A stretch of 64,000 nucleotides of DNA from an uncultured Acidobacteriota bacterium (GTDB taxonomy: Bacteria; Acidobacteriota; Terriglobia; Versatilivoradales; Versatilivoraceae): assembly GCA_963803155.1 (NCBI GenBank), contig CAWDMN010000059.1, positions 300,636 through 364,635 on the forward strand, given 5' to 3'. A model generated the notes under the pieces. It was not told the DNA's origin and did not search any database. It worked only from the letters and a program-made list of their open reading frames with translations. The position numbers were made by a program, and so were the translations under genes. Positions 19,181 to 28,144 of the stretch are shown here, in pieces (within the stretch, counting starts at the first letter, position 1; each line of letters starts with the position of its first letter).

Positions 19181-22100
19181 ATGAAGAGCAAATCACAGAA
19201 AACACGGGCAGGTTTTACCGTTCCACTTCGATGGTTCATATTGGCTGCAACAATCACAATTTGTCTCAATAGCGCAATTCCCCAGGCAGAGGCTGCCAAT
19301 GATTGGAGCCCCCGGAACGGTCCGGAGGGGGGATATGTTGGCGAAGTGGCAGTGGATTATACTGACTCTAACCTTGCATATTTGTCGAATTTTGGCGGGA
19401 TCTTTAAGACCACTAATGGCGGCGTGACCTGGACCAATTTAAATGCCTATTGGGGAGCATCATCAAAAATACTCCTCGACCCCACTAACCATACTACTGT
19501 TTATCTGGTAAGCGGCCGCATCATAAAAAGCACCGATGCTGGTGCCAACTGGACCATACTTGACACTAAGATCCCCTGCAACGATTTCGTGGTTGCCATG
19601 GTGATGGATCCCAAGACCCCCAGTACGCTCTATGCCATCATAGCGACCAGTGCGACGACCGGCTTTGACTATTACGTAATCAAGAGCACCGACGGCGGTG
19701 GCACATGGAACAAGCTAGCCTGGAAAGCTTATGCTTTGGCAATTGATCCGACCAACAGCAACATCCTGTATGCCAGCACGACCAGCGGCCTTCAGACCAG
19801 CACAAACGGCGGCAGTTCCTGGAGTCCTGCCGGAACCGGATTGCCCGCCACGGACACTTTGGGCACAGTCGTGGTGGATCCCAAGACACCCACCACGCTA
19901 TATCTGACCTCGGGCGGAAAAGCAGTGTATAAAAGCATCAATAGCGGCGGGCAATGGCAACTTTCCAATACCGGAGTTACGGGGGTCAATCTCAAAGATC
20001 CAGTGATCGATCCCATCAATTCCGCCAATTTATATCTCGTCGCCACGGACTCCACGACTACCTTCGGAGGCGTTTACAAAACTACTAATGGCGCGGGCCA
20101 ATGGAGTTCCCTTAATCTGGGCATATCGACGGCAAGTGTTCAAATTGTTGGATTGGCCCCCTCCAATCCCGCGAATGTCTATGCGGGAACCTTTCAGCAC
20201 GGTGTATTGAAAAGCAGCGATAGTGGAACCACCTGGGCAGCCCAAAATGCGGGATTGAAAGCTTCCATCGAATACATGGCCCTGGACCCTACCGATAAAA
20301 ATACCATTTATGCAGGAGTCCCTGGATTGGGCGTCTTTCAGAGCACCGATGGAGGCAATAATTGGATTTCTCGCAATGCGGGATTGGGAAGCCAGTTTGT
20401 TGTGGCCATTGCCATAAGTCCAACTACGAGCAAGACGCTCTGGGTTTCCATCAATAACGCCAGCGAAATAGATTTGGGAGGCGGAGTGAAGTTTTTGGTG
20501 CCGGGGATCTATAAATCCACGGATGGCGGGGCAAACTGGACGCTTACGACGACTCCAGCTGACGACTTCAGTTTTTATGCTCCAACCAAACTGATTGCGG
20601 ATCCAGTCAATGCCAATGGCGTCTATGCGCTGGGAGTTGCCAGCATATATCACAGCACTGATGGCGGGAGCACCTGGACATCCTCTAAAGCCGGATTGCC
20701 GGCCACTGCCGTTTTGAATTGTCTTGCCATCGATCCCAGCAGCCCGGCAACCCTCTATCTGGGTCTGTATGTCTCAGCTGCGGGTACGCCCTTAATCTAT
20801 AAGAGCGTCGATGGGGGCACGACCTGGAGTCCGTCTGGTTCGGGATTGCCCAACACACAAGGGATTTTTGATTTGGCCATTGACCCGAAAACGCCATCGA
20901 CATTATATGCTTCAGTCTTGACTTCGATCACGGTCAACGGCGGGGTATTTAAGAGTACCAATAGCGGCGGGAGCTGGCAGGATACCACATCAGGAATTCA
21001 ACAACTGATAACCAACTATACCGGCACTCTGTATGGAAATCTTCACTATCCGAGCGGTTTTCAATTTTGCTCGACCCAATTCCTGATCACGGGCATGAAT
21101 CTAGCCATAGACTCAACCACCCCGTTTACCCTCTTTGCCGTTGTCAATGGAATTGTCTTGCGCACCACGGACGCAGCTGTCACATGGAATATTGCTTCCT
21201 CCGGCTTGCCGTTCGTTCCATATCAAATTGGAGTGAGTCGTGCCGATCACACGGCCGTTTACGCGGCCATCCAGGGAATCTGGGTGTATGTCGGCAGCGG
21301 TGGAGGCGGAGGAGGAGGTGGCACCTCGTCGCTGTCCGTGAGTTCACCCAATGGCGGGGAAAGCTGGTTGATTGGATCCGCCCAAAACATCACATGGTCT
21401 ACAACGGGAACAGTGGGAAACGTGAAAATTGAATTCTCCACAAACGGAGGAACTAGTTATACCACCATTATCGCCAGCACTCCCAATTCGGGAAGCTATA
21501 GCTGGACCGTTCCCAATACTCCTTCTACCACCGTAAAAGTACGCATCAGTGACGTCGCTGGAACTGTCTCAGCCACCAGCAATGGCAACCTCACCATCAC
21601 TGCCAGCTGTTCTTATGCGCTTAATCTCACGAGCATCAATTTTGATTCTCCCGGAGGTATTGGCAATTTAAATGTGACTACCAGCGGCGGTTGTGCCTGG
21701 ACTGCCGCGAGCAATGTCAGCTGGATCACAATCACGTTGGGCTCCAGCGGCAACGGCAATGGAACAGTGAATTACTCCGTGGCAGCCAACAGCGGAGCTT
21801 CGGCACGAACTGGAACTCTCACTATTGGAGGGCAGACTTTCTCTGTCATTCAAGCGGGCACGGAAGGGAACACTTCCGCCACCCTGTTTGTTCCGATATT
21901 GCTTTCCCTTTCCGGCGCGGGCGGGTCATTCTATACCTCGGAGTTGACTCTTACCAACCGTGGAACCACTACCGCCCAGGTGGAATTCACCTACACTGCC
22001 GCATTCAGCACCGGCAGCGGAACAGCCACCACTACCTTGCCTCCCGGCCAAGTGATTCAAACGGATTCCATATCCTATTTGAGGGGCTTGGGCATTCCAA

Positions 22101-23335
22101 TCCCTGACTCAGGGAACCGTGGGGGAACATTGCGTGTCCGCTTCTCCAATCTCAGCTCCTCCTCCGCGGCTAGCATTACAGTTCGGACGGCGACACTCGT
22201 CAAGGATAGCGGGGGAAATTTGGTGGGGCGCGCCGGATTGGCCTATCCCGCCATTTCGATTGGCGAGGCGCTTACAGGGACTGCTTTTATCTGCGGATTG
22301 CGCCAAAACTCTTCTGACCGTTCCAATGCTGCTTTCCAGAATCTGGGAGCAAGCAGCGACGGCAGCATCACTTTGCAGGTGACTGTATTTGATGGGAACA
22401 GCGCCTTCTCCCAGATTTTACCCCCCGTTACTCTGGGGCCGGGCCAATTCTTTCAAATTGGGAATGTGCTGACATCGAATGGCCTTTCCCTGACCAACGG
22501 CTACCTGAAAGTGGATCGAACCAGCGGCACGGCTCCATATTTTGCTTATGGGGTTATTAATGACCAAGTCAATTCTGATGGTTCATTTGTGGCTCCGCAA
22601 TCTGTCCCAACGGCGCCTGTGGCGGGGTTGTCATTGCCTGTCATCGTGCAAACCAGCACATTATTGAGCGAACTGGTTCTGACGAATTGGTCCAGCCAAG
22701 CCCGCACCATTAATTTTGCCTTCGCGGATACGGCCTCTCATTTCACCATATCCTTATCGCCCGGCCAACAGCAGATTATCCCTGATATTTTCGCCTACAT
22801 GCGCGATCACTCCGTTCCCGGGATTGGACCCGCGGGAACCACTATTGTGGGAGCCTTGTTTGCAACCGCCACTGGCGGAGATATCGGCGGAGTTGTCGTA
22901 GGGGCCCGAACTTCCTTCTCCGGCGGCGCTGCTGGAGGCCGTTTTGGGCTATTCTATGCAGCCATCCCAATTGGCCATGCCGCCACCAATAGCGCCTGGC
23001 TTTTCGGCCTGCAGCAAAATTCTGAAAATCGGACGAATCTTGCCATTGTGAATACCGGCGAAACGGATGGCAGCAGTGACACCTTTGTCATCGATCTTTA
23101 TGATGGGGCGACTGGAACAATCGCGGCAACCACGGAACCTATTGTGCTCAACGCTCACCAATGGATGCAGAAGGGGGCCATCCTGACTTCGTATGCTCCG
23201 GCAGTCTCGCAAGGGTATGCGCAGGTCCGACGCACTTCAGGAAACAATCCGTTTATCGCTTATGCTGTGATCAACGATGGTGCGGGCGCCGGTCTGCTAA
23301 CTGGGGACGGCGCTTATATTGGAAGCAGCGATTGA
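19181..23335 (+). CDS. large secreted BNR/Asp-box repeat protein (sortilin/GH74-like beta-propeller) with poly-Gly linker, BACON-like domain and C-terminal beta-rich modules
   Basis: Signal peptide. There are more than 15 S-x-D-x-G-x-T-W repeats (STDGGGTW, TTNGGVTW, STDAGANW and others). A GSGGGGGGGTSS linker lies at about 21295-21324. A BACON-like block follows (CSYALNLTSINF...GGCAWTAASNVSWITI...TGTLTIGGQTFSVIQAG). Confidence 0.8.
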   Translation: MKSKSQKTRAGFTVPLRWFILAATITICLNSAIPQAEAANDWSPRNGPEGGYVGEVAVDYTDSNLAYLSNFGGIFKTTNGGVTWTNLNAYWGASSKILLDPTNHTTVYLVSGRIIKSTDAGANWTILDTKIPCNDFVVAMVMDPKTPSTLYAIIATSATTGFDYYVIKSTDGGGTWNKLAWKAYALAIDPTNSNILYASTTSGLQTSTNGGSSWSPAGTGLPATDTLGTVVVDPKTPTTLYLTSGGKAVYKSINSGGQWQLSNTGVTGVNLKDPVIDPINSANLYLVATDSTTTFGGVYKTTNGAGQWSSLNLGISTASVQIVGLAPSNPANVYAGTFQHGVLKSSDSGTTWAAQNAGLKASIEYMALDPTDKNTIYAGVPGLGVFQSTDGGNNWISRNAGLGSQFVVAIAISPTTSKTLWVSINNASEIDLGGGVKFLVPGIYKSTDGGANWTLTTTPADDFSFYAPTKLIADPVNANGVYALGVASIYHSTDGGSTWTSSKAGLPATAVLNCLAIDPSSPATLYLGLYVSAAGTPLIYKSVDGGTTWSPSGSGLPNTQGIFDLAIDPKTPSTLYASVLTSITVNGGVFKSTNSGGSWQDTTSGIQQLITNYTGTLYGNLHYPSGFQFCSTQFLITGMNLAIDSTTPFTLFAVVNGIVLRTTDAAVTWNIASSGLPFVPYQIGVSRADHTAVYAAIQGIWVYVGSGGGGGGGGTSSLSVSSPNGGESWLIGSAQNITWSTTGTVGNVKIEFSTNGGTSYTTIIASTPNSGSYSWTVPNTPSTTVKVRISDVAGTVSATSNGNLTITASCSYALNLTSINFDSPGGIGNLNVTTSGGCAWTAASNVSWITITLGSSGNGNGTVNYSVAANSGASARTGTLTIGGQTFSVIQAGTEGNTSATLFVPILLSLSGAGGSFYTSELTLTNRGTTTAQVEFTYTAAFSTGSGTATTTLPPGQVIQTDSISYLRGLGIPIPDSGNRGGTLRVRFSNLSSSSAASITVRTATLVKDSGGNLVGRAGLAYPAISIGEALTGTAFICGLRQNSSDRSNAAFQNLGASSDGSITLQVTVFDGNSAFSQILPPVTLGPGQFFQIGNVLTSNGLSLTNGYLKVDRTSGTAPYFAYGVINDQVNSDGSFVAPQSVPTAPVAGLSLPVIVQTSTLLSELVLTNWSSQARTINFAFADTASHFTISLSPGQQQIIPDIFAYMRDHSVPGIGPAGTTIVGALFATATGGDIGGVVVGARTSFSGGAAGGRFGLFYAAIPIGHAATNSAWLFGLQQNSENRTNLAIVNTGETDGSSDTFVIDLYDGATGTIAATTEPIVLNAHQWMQKGAILTSYAPAVSQGYAQVRRTSGNNPFIAYAVINDGAGAGLLTGDGAYIGSSD

Positions 23336-23634
23336 AATCAGGGGGCGAAGTCTCCCCTCAATCTTGAAACCGCAGGGAGAGCACGGAAGAGCTCCGGAGC
23401 TTTGGAGCTCTTCCAGGGTTATTCTCTTGGATTGCCGTTTTTTTTGATGTGGCCGATTCATCGCTGCTTCTAGAATTGGAATATTATTGATATCCAGGAA
23501 TTCAACACAAAACTACGATATGCTGGTTGGGTTGATAATTTCTTAAAAGTTGTCATCGCCCCCAAATAACGACTGAATAACGCTCTGCATCAAATGATAA
23601 TTCGAGAACATTAGGAACGGAATAGAGTATCCCC

Positions 23635-24741
23635 CTAGTGGGCTCCCCATTTGGCTACCAGGGAATGCATTTCCTCCTCCTGTTCCTCCATGGAAGCCAC
23701 CAGTTTGAACTGGGTGCGGCAACGATCCAGGTTGTGCCCTTCCCGATGGATCTTGAAATACTGATCTCCGGCCAGATAGTCGGTCAAGAAGCGCGTGCCA
23801 ATGATCAGCGTAATCAGCTTTCCAGCCAGAACCAAATGATCACGCTCGATGGGAGTGATAGATTCACCGATCGATTCGAGAAAACCTTTCACGATGGCCT
23901 CGAAGCGCGGCAAAAGCATGGTTACTTTGGATAAGTCCTGCTCATCTTCCTTGGCTGGGCTGGTGCTGGTACGGACTATATCTCCAAAATCAAAATGAAT
24001 CAGACCCGGCATGAGAGTGTCGAGATCGATCACGCAAATTCCTTCGCCCGTTTCATCGTCCAACATCACATTGTTCAATTTTGTATCGTTGTGTGTGACC
24101 CGCAGAGGGATTTCCCCCTTCTGGTAAAGGGCGGGAAGAACATTGAAGATGGCGGCATGACTGCGCAGAAACTCGATTTCTGGCTTGGCTGTAGCAGCCC
24201 GTTGGCAGACGTCCTCTTCCAACGCTTTCAAAAATACCTTGTACCGCATGGGACCATTATGAAAGTTGGGAATAGTATCATGCAATGCCGGACCAGATAA
24301 ATCGGCTAGCTGCCTTTGGAATTTCCCGAAAGCCTTGGCTGCTTCATAGGCCTGCGCAGAGGTTTCGAGCACATCGTAGGTCCGGGCCTTTTCTATGAAA
24401 ATGTAGGCACGCCAGTAATTGCCCTCGTCGTCCTGAAAAAAGCTTCCTCCCTTCCGCGTGGGGATCACGGTGAGCACCCGGCGGGAAACGTCTTTAGAGC
24501 CCTGCTGAATCAACTTCTCGCGAATATGGCTGGTCACCCGCATCACGTTTTCCATCAAGGCGGGAGGGTTCTTGAACACATTATGATTGATGCGCTGTAG
24601 AATATATGGCGCAATGGTCCCACCTTGATTAAAAACTACCCTATAGGTGTCGTTGATATGACCGGTGCCATAAGGGGCAGCTTCGACAAACTCGCCCAAG
24701 ATCTGGAATTGGCCGGCCACGGCCTTAACGTTATGACGCAT
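23635..24741 (-). CDS. APH-family phosphotransferase, anomeric sugar kinase-like (AmgK/NahK-like)
   Basis: Nucleotide-binding N-lobe (GHINDTYRV). The catalytic block HNDTKLNNVMLD...CVIDLD matches the APH HxDxxxxN...D motif. It neighbours a sugar-1-P nucleotidyltransferase. Confidence 0.7.
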   Translation of the reverse strand: MRHNVKAVAGQFQILGEFVEAAPYGTGHINDTYRVVFNQGGTIAPYILQRINHNVFKNPPALMENVMRVTSHIREKLIQQGSKDVSRRVLTVIPTRKGGSFFQDDEGNYWRAYIFIEKARTYDVLETSAQAYEAAKAFGKFQRQLADLSGPALHDTIPNFHNGPMRYKVFLKALEEDVCQRAATAKPEIEFLRSHAAIFNVLPALYQKGEIPLRVTHNDTKLNNVMLDDETGEGICVIDLDTLMPGLIHFDFGDIVRTSTSPAKEDEQDLSKVTMLLPRFEAIVKGFLESIGESITPIERDHLVLAGKLITLIIGTRFLTDYLAGDQYFKIHREGHNLDRCRTQFKLVASMEEQEEEMHSLVAKWGAH

Positions 24742-24753
24742 TTTGTCTCCCTA

Positions 24754-24829
24754 GAAAATCCCCCTTCAAAGGGGGAATAAATTTTCATCCTCTTGTTGTG
24801 CCGTCAAACTGGCATGTGCAGCTCCTCAG
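24754..24829 (-). promoter_or_regulatory. conserved ~76-nt leader element, copy 2 (hairpin TCCCCCTT-CA-AAGGGGGA plus UUUUCU, then SD GGGAG and start codon of the kinase gene)
   Basis: Aligns with 11348-11425, with only about 8 mismatches. Confidence 0.5.
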
Positions 24830-24841
24830 AACATAGCTTGA

Positions 24842-24913
24842 ATGGAGGCGGGGTGCCCCGCCTGAGTTTGCCACGCTTTCTCAGACGGCCTGAAGGCAGG
24901 CCGCCTCCATCAT
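24842..24913. repeat. structured ~72-bp repeat (family R3), copy 1; the arms atggaggcgg...ccgcctccat close a long imperfect hairpin
   Basis: Its reverse complement is near-identical to 34352-34422. Confidence 0.65.
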
Positions 24914-24984
24914 CCCATTTTCATCTTCATTGTTGTGCCAGCCGAGATGAATGGGCAATGCCAATCAGGCGGATCGGCGCCCCG

Positions 24985-25890
24985 CTAAAGTTTTTCAGGA
25001 TAAATGCCTGCCTGAATCAGTTTCTGGATTCCGGCAATTGCTATCTCTTTATCTTCGCGATAGGTGACCCCAAACCAGGAATCGGGAGTAGGCAACACTT
25101 TGACGCGGGCCTGCCGATTCGAAAGCAAGGTTCCCACCTCATCGGAAATGAAAAATTCCGCTTTGGGATCCTGCCCTCGCCGACCAAGGAAATCTTTGAA
25201 TTGGCTTTGCAGGCGATCAAAGATTGAGGGGTAGAAACCCCAGAGGTTCATGGAAACAATCTCATCACCCGTAAGGGGAAACGCCTGCCCTTCTTTCTCG
25301 ATGAATCGGGCGCCTTGTCCATTTTTTTCAATTTTAGTGCGCTCGACGATTTTGTTTAAAAACATCTGAGCATCGTGGGAGCAAACCCCCCGCGCCACAT
25401 ACCCATGTTCAGAGAGAGTGTTCCGCAGGGTATAGCCTACCATCGAGTAATCATCGCTATTTCGGAGAGAACCGTTGGAAGAAAAAAAGTCCGCAATGAT
25501 TTGGAATGAGTTTGCGCCATAATAATCGTCCGCGTTGATGACCGTAAAAGGCCCATCCATCGTCTCTCGAGCCACCAGAACGGCATGACCCGTCCCCCAA
25601 GGTTTCTCCCGATTCTCCGGAACTGCAAGATCTTCCATGCAACAATCGAGCTCTTGATTCACATAAGCTACCGGCAACTTCTCTTCGAATTTACTTCCGA
25701 CTTTCTCTCGAAACACTTCTGAAAAATGATCCCGGACGATGAAGACGACTTTCCCAAAACCGGCCCGGACCGCATCATAAATGGAATACTCGAGAATCGT
25801 CTCCCCATGAGGTCCAACCGGATCAATCTGTTTTAGACCACCATAACGACTCCCCATTCCGGCAGCCATAATAAGTAAAGCTGGTTTCAT
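24985..25890 (-). CDS. sugar-1-phosphate nucleotidyltransferase family protein
   Basis: The N-terminal LIMAAGMGSRYG is a variant of the GxGxR nucleotidyltransferase loop. 301 aa. Confidence 0.7.
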   Translation of the reverse strand: MKPALLIMAAGMGSRYGGLKQIDPVGPHGETILEYSIYDAVRAGFGKVVFIVRDHFSEVFREKVGSKFEEKLPVAYVNQELDCCMEDLAVPENREKPWGTGHAVLVARETMDGPFTVINADDYYGANSFQIIADFFSSNGSLRNSDDYSMVGYTLRNTLSEHGYVARGVCSHDAQMFLNKIVERTKIEKNGQGARFIEKEGQAFPLTGDEIVSMNLWGFYPSIFDRLQSQFKDFLGRRGQDPKAEFFISDEVGTLLSNRQARVKVLPTPDSWFGVTYREDKEIAIAGIQKLIQAGIYPEKL

Positions 25891-26634
25891 TTTAATCTCT
25901 CAAAATAAGTTCTTAAATTTGAATCCATATAAAATAACAGAAAGGATAATAAAATACGCTCCCCCTGCACCGGAGCAAACGGTATTGTGGCAAAACAACT
26001 GTCCGCCAGCAAGAATAAGATGATAATCCACATGATTTTTTTTCAGGGATACAACAACTGAGTGGATATTGGCGGAGCCGTCGATTGATGGCATCTACTC
26101 AGCTCTTCGCTGTCAACCGATCAAATCAAGAAGCACAAAACCTAAGAGAGTATTTAATTTCTTAATCGTTCACTTCCAAGGCTTAGGCTCAGGAATAAAC
26201 CACGGGAATCATGGGTAATCAATCACGCAATTCCCCACCCCGATCACTCGCTAGTGTTTCCCGTTTCTGTGTTTAATCGCTTTTCGGAGGTTTGCCAAAC
26301 AGTTGTTTTTTCTCTTTGCATTTTTTTTCAAGTGAAGGACAATTTCTCCGTTAGCTGGTTAGGATTAACATTTGGGATTGAGATCCTCATGCTGCATCAA
26401 TCCCGTCATCCCGTCAAAGCGGGAGCAGAAGTTTTTGAGGGTTTGGTATGCGCCACCCGAGCCTGGAGGGACCGGCCCGTCCAGGAAAAGCAGTGGAGGT
26501 TCTATAGCTTCAAAATTGCCCGTCAATCCGCACGGATCTTTGAGCGCGGATTATTGAATTATTGAAGAGTTTTTCATTGTGTTGAGTAAGGCTTGCCAAG
26601 CGCGGTGGTTTTGCGCGGAACGGATATCACGGCC

Positions 26635-27981
26635 ATGAAATCATTAAAAATAGGAATTTCCGGAGTGCGCGGAATCGTCGGAGAGACTTTTACTCCTGAG
26701 CTCGCATGCGGGTTTGCCGAGGCTTTTGGCACTTATATGGATGGCGGACGAATATTGGTCTGCCGGGACCCGCGCCCTTCGGGACCGATGGTAGTTGCCG
26801 CTGTTTCCGCCGGCCTTTTGGCTTCCGGCTGTGAAATCGTGGACTTGGAGATCTGTCCCACACCCTCTTTGCAAATAGCGGTTCGTCAGATGAAAGCCCA
26901 AGGAGGCATCTCCATTACGGCAGGCCACAATCCCATGCACTGGAATGCCTTAAAATTCGTGCGGGGCGATGGTCTTTATTTGAATTCCTCACAAGCGGAA
27001 GAATTGCTCGATGTTTTTCATCAGGGAGAATTCAACAAGGCCAGCTGGAGGGAAATGCAGACCTCCATCCCCAAAGGGGATGCGCTGGAACTGCATCTCG
27101 CGGCTCTGCGTCCGGCCTTCGATATAGAGAAGATTAGCTCTCGCAAGCTTCGTGTGGCCGTGGACTGCTGCAACGGTTCCTGCTCCGTTCTCAGCCCGCG
27201 ATGGCTGGAGGTGCTGGGTTGCCAGGTTCTGGCCGTCAATGATGACCCCTCGCTTCCTTTCCCCCGCAATCCCGAGCCTAGGCGGGAAACCATGGCCCAG
27301 CTTCGCGCGGTGGTCAAAGCCGGCCAGGCCGATATCGGATTTGCCCATGATGCCGATGGAGAACGGCTGGGAATCGTTACTGAGTCTGGTGAGCCCCTGG
27401 TGGAAGAAAAGACTTTGGCCATGGCAGTCCAAATTAAGCTTGCCCAAAAGACCGGGCCCGTGGTTACGAATATTTCCACCAGCCGGGCCATTGAATTAAT
27501 CGCGCAGCGATTTGGAGCTTCGGTCATCCGCACTCCCGTCGGCCAGGCTTATATTTCCGAGGCTATGCTGGAACATCAGGGAGTCATTGGCGGCGAAGGG
27601 AGCGGCGGAGTCATTATCCCAGAAGTGCAGATGACTCACGACAGCACTGCGGCCTTGGCTTTAGTGCTGGAATGGATGGCTGTCACCGGCAGCCGGATTT
27701 CAGAGTTGGCTGAAAGCATCCCTCAATTGGCTATCGTGAAACATAATATCTCCGTCCCGCCGAATCGTATTTATACACTTTTGCAGGGATTTTTAGAGCG
27801 GGTTGAGAGAGAAGAACCCGCGGAAATTAATTTGACGGATGGCATTAAGATCAATTGGCCAAATGGATGGGTGCATTTGAGGGCCTCGAACACAGAGTCA
27901 ATGATCCGGATCATCGCCGAAGCCGCTACAGCCGCTGAAGCACAACAATTTCTTGACTGGGCACGCGACCGGCTTTCCTGA
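26635..27981 (+). CDS. alpha-D-phosphohexomutase paralog 1 (phosphoglucosamine/phosphomannomutase-like) with catalytic Ser replaced by Gly
   Basis: Start taken at MKSLKIGISGVRG. The active-site loop reads ITAGHNP (codon GGC), where the family has TASHNP. The metal loop is DADGER instead of DxDxDR. The sugar-binding and phosphate-binding regions are otherwise conserved. Confidence 0.8.
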   Translation: MKSLKIGISGVRGIVGETFTPELACGFAEAFGTYMDGGRILVCRDPRPSGPMVVAAVSAGLLASGCEIVDLEICPTPSLQIAVRQMKAQGGISITAGHNPMHWNALKFVRGDGLYLNSSQAEELLDVFHQGEFNKASWREMQTSIPKGDALELHLAALRPAFDIEKISSRKLRVAVDCCNGSCSVLSPRWLEVLGCQVLAVNDDPSLPFPRNPEPRRETMAQLRAVVKAGQADIGFAHDADGERLGIVTESGEPLVEEKTLAMAVQIKLAQKTGPVVTNISTSRAIELIAQRFGASVIRTPVGQAYISEAMLEHQGVIGGEGSGGVIIPEVQMTHDSTAALALVLEWMAVTGSRISELAESIPQLAIVKHNISVPPNRIYTLLQGFLERVEREEPAEINLTDGIKINWPNGWVHLRASNTESMIRIIAEAATAAEAQQFLDWARDRLS

Positions 27982-28099
27982 CAAGTTGAAATTCGGCTTT
28001 GGGATTTTGACTTAGAAGCCCACTTCCCGCCGGAATACGCTCATCGCGCCTTCTCGACTTGTTGGCGAATGGAATTGTGCATTACCCTTTATTTTATCT

Positions 28100-28131
28100 G
28101 GATCTTGCCGCGATTGGTCGCGGCAAGATCC
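28100..28131 (+). promoter_or_regulatory. perfect 14-bp stem / 4-nt loop hairpin (ggatcttgccgcga-ttgg-tcgcggcaagatcc) between the two mutase paralogs
   Basis: Read directly from the sequence. There is no U-run after it. Confidence 0.6.
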
Positions 28132-28144
28132 AAACAGGTGGATT

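Noticed and set aside
20030-20653. 207-aa minus-strand ORF within the BNR-repeat gene
   Set aside because: Antisense of a strongly periodic repeat protein. There are no signals.
26254-26565. 103-aa ORF in the divergent spacer between the nucleotidyltransferase and the mutase genes
   Set aside because: Poor codon usage relative to neighbours. More likely a promoter-containing intergenic region.
27021-27533. 170-aa and 152-aa minus-strand ORFs inside phosphohexomutase paralog 1
   Set aside because: Shadow ORFs opposite a conserved enzyme gene.
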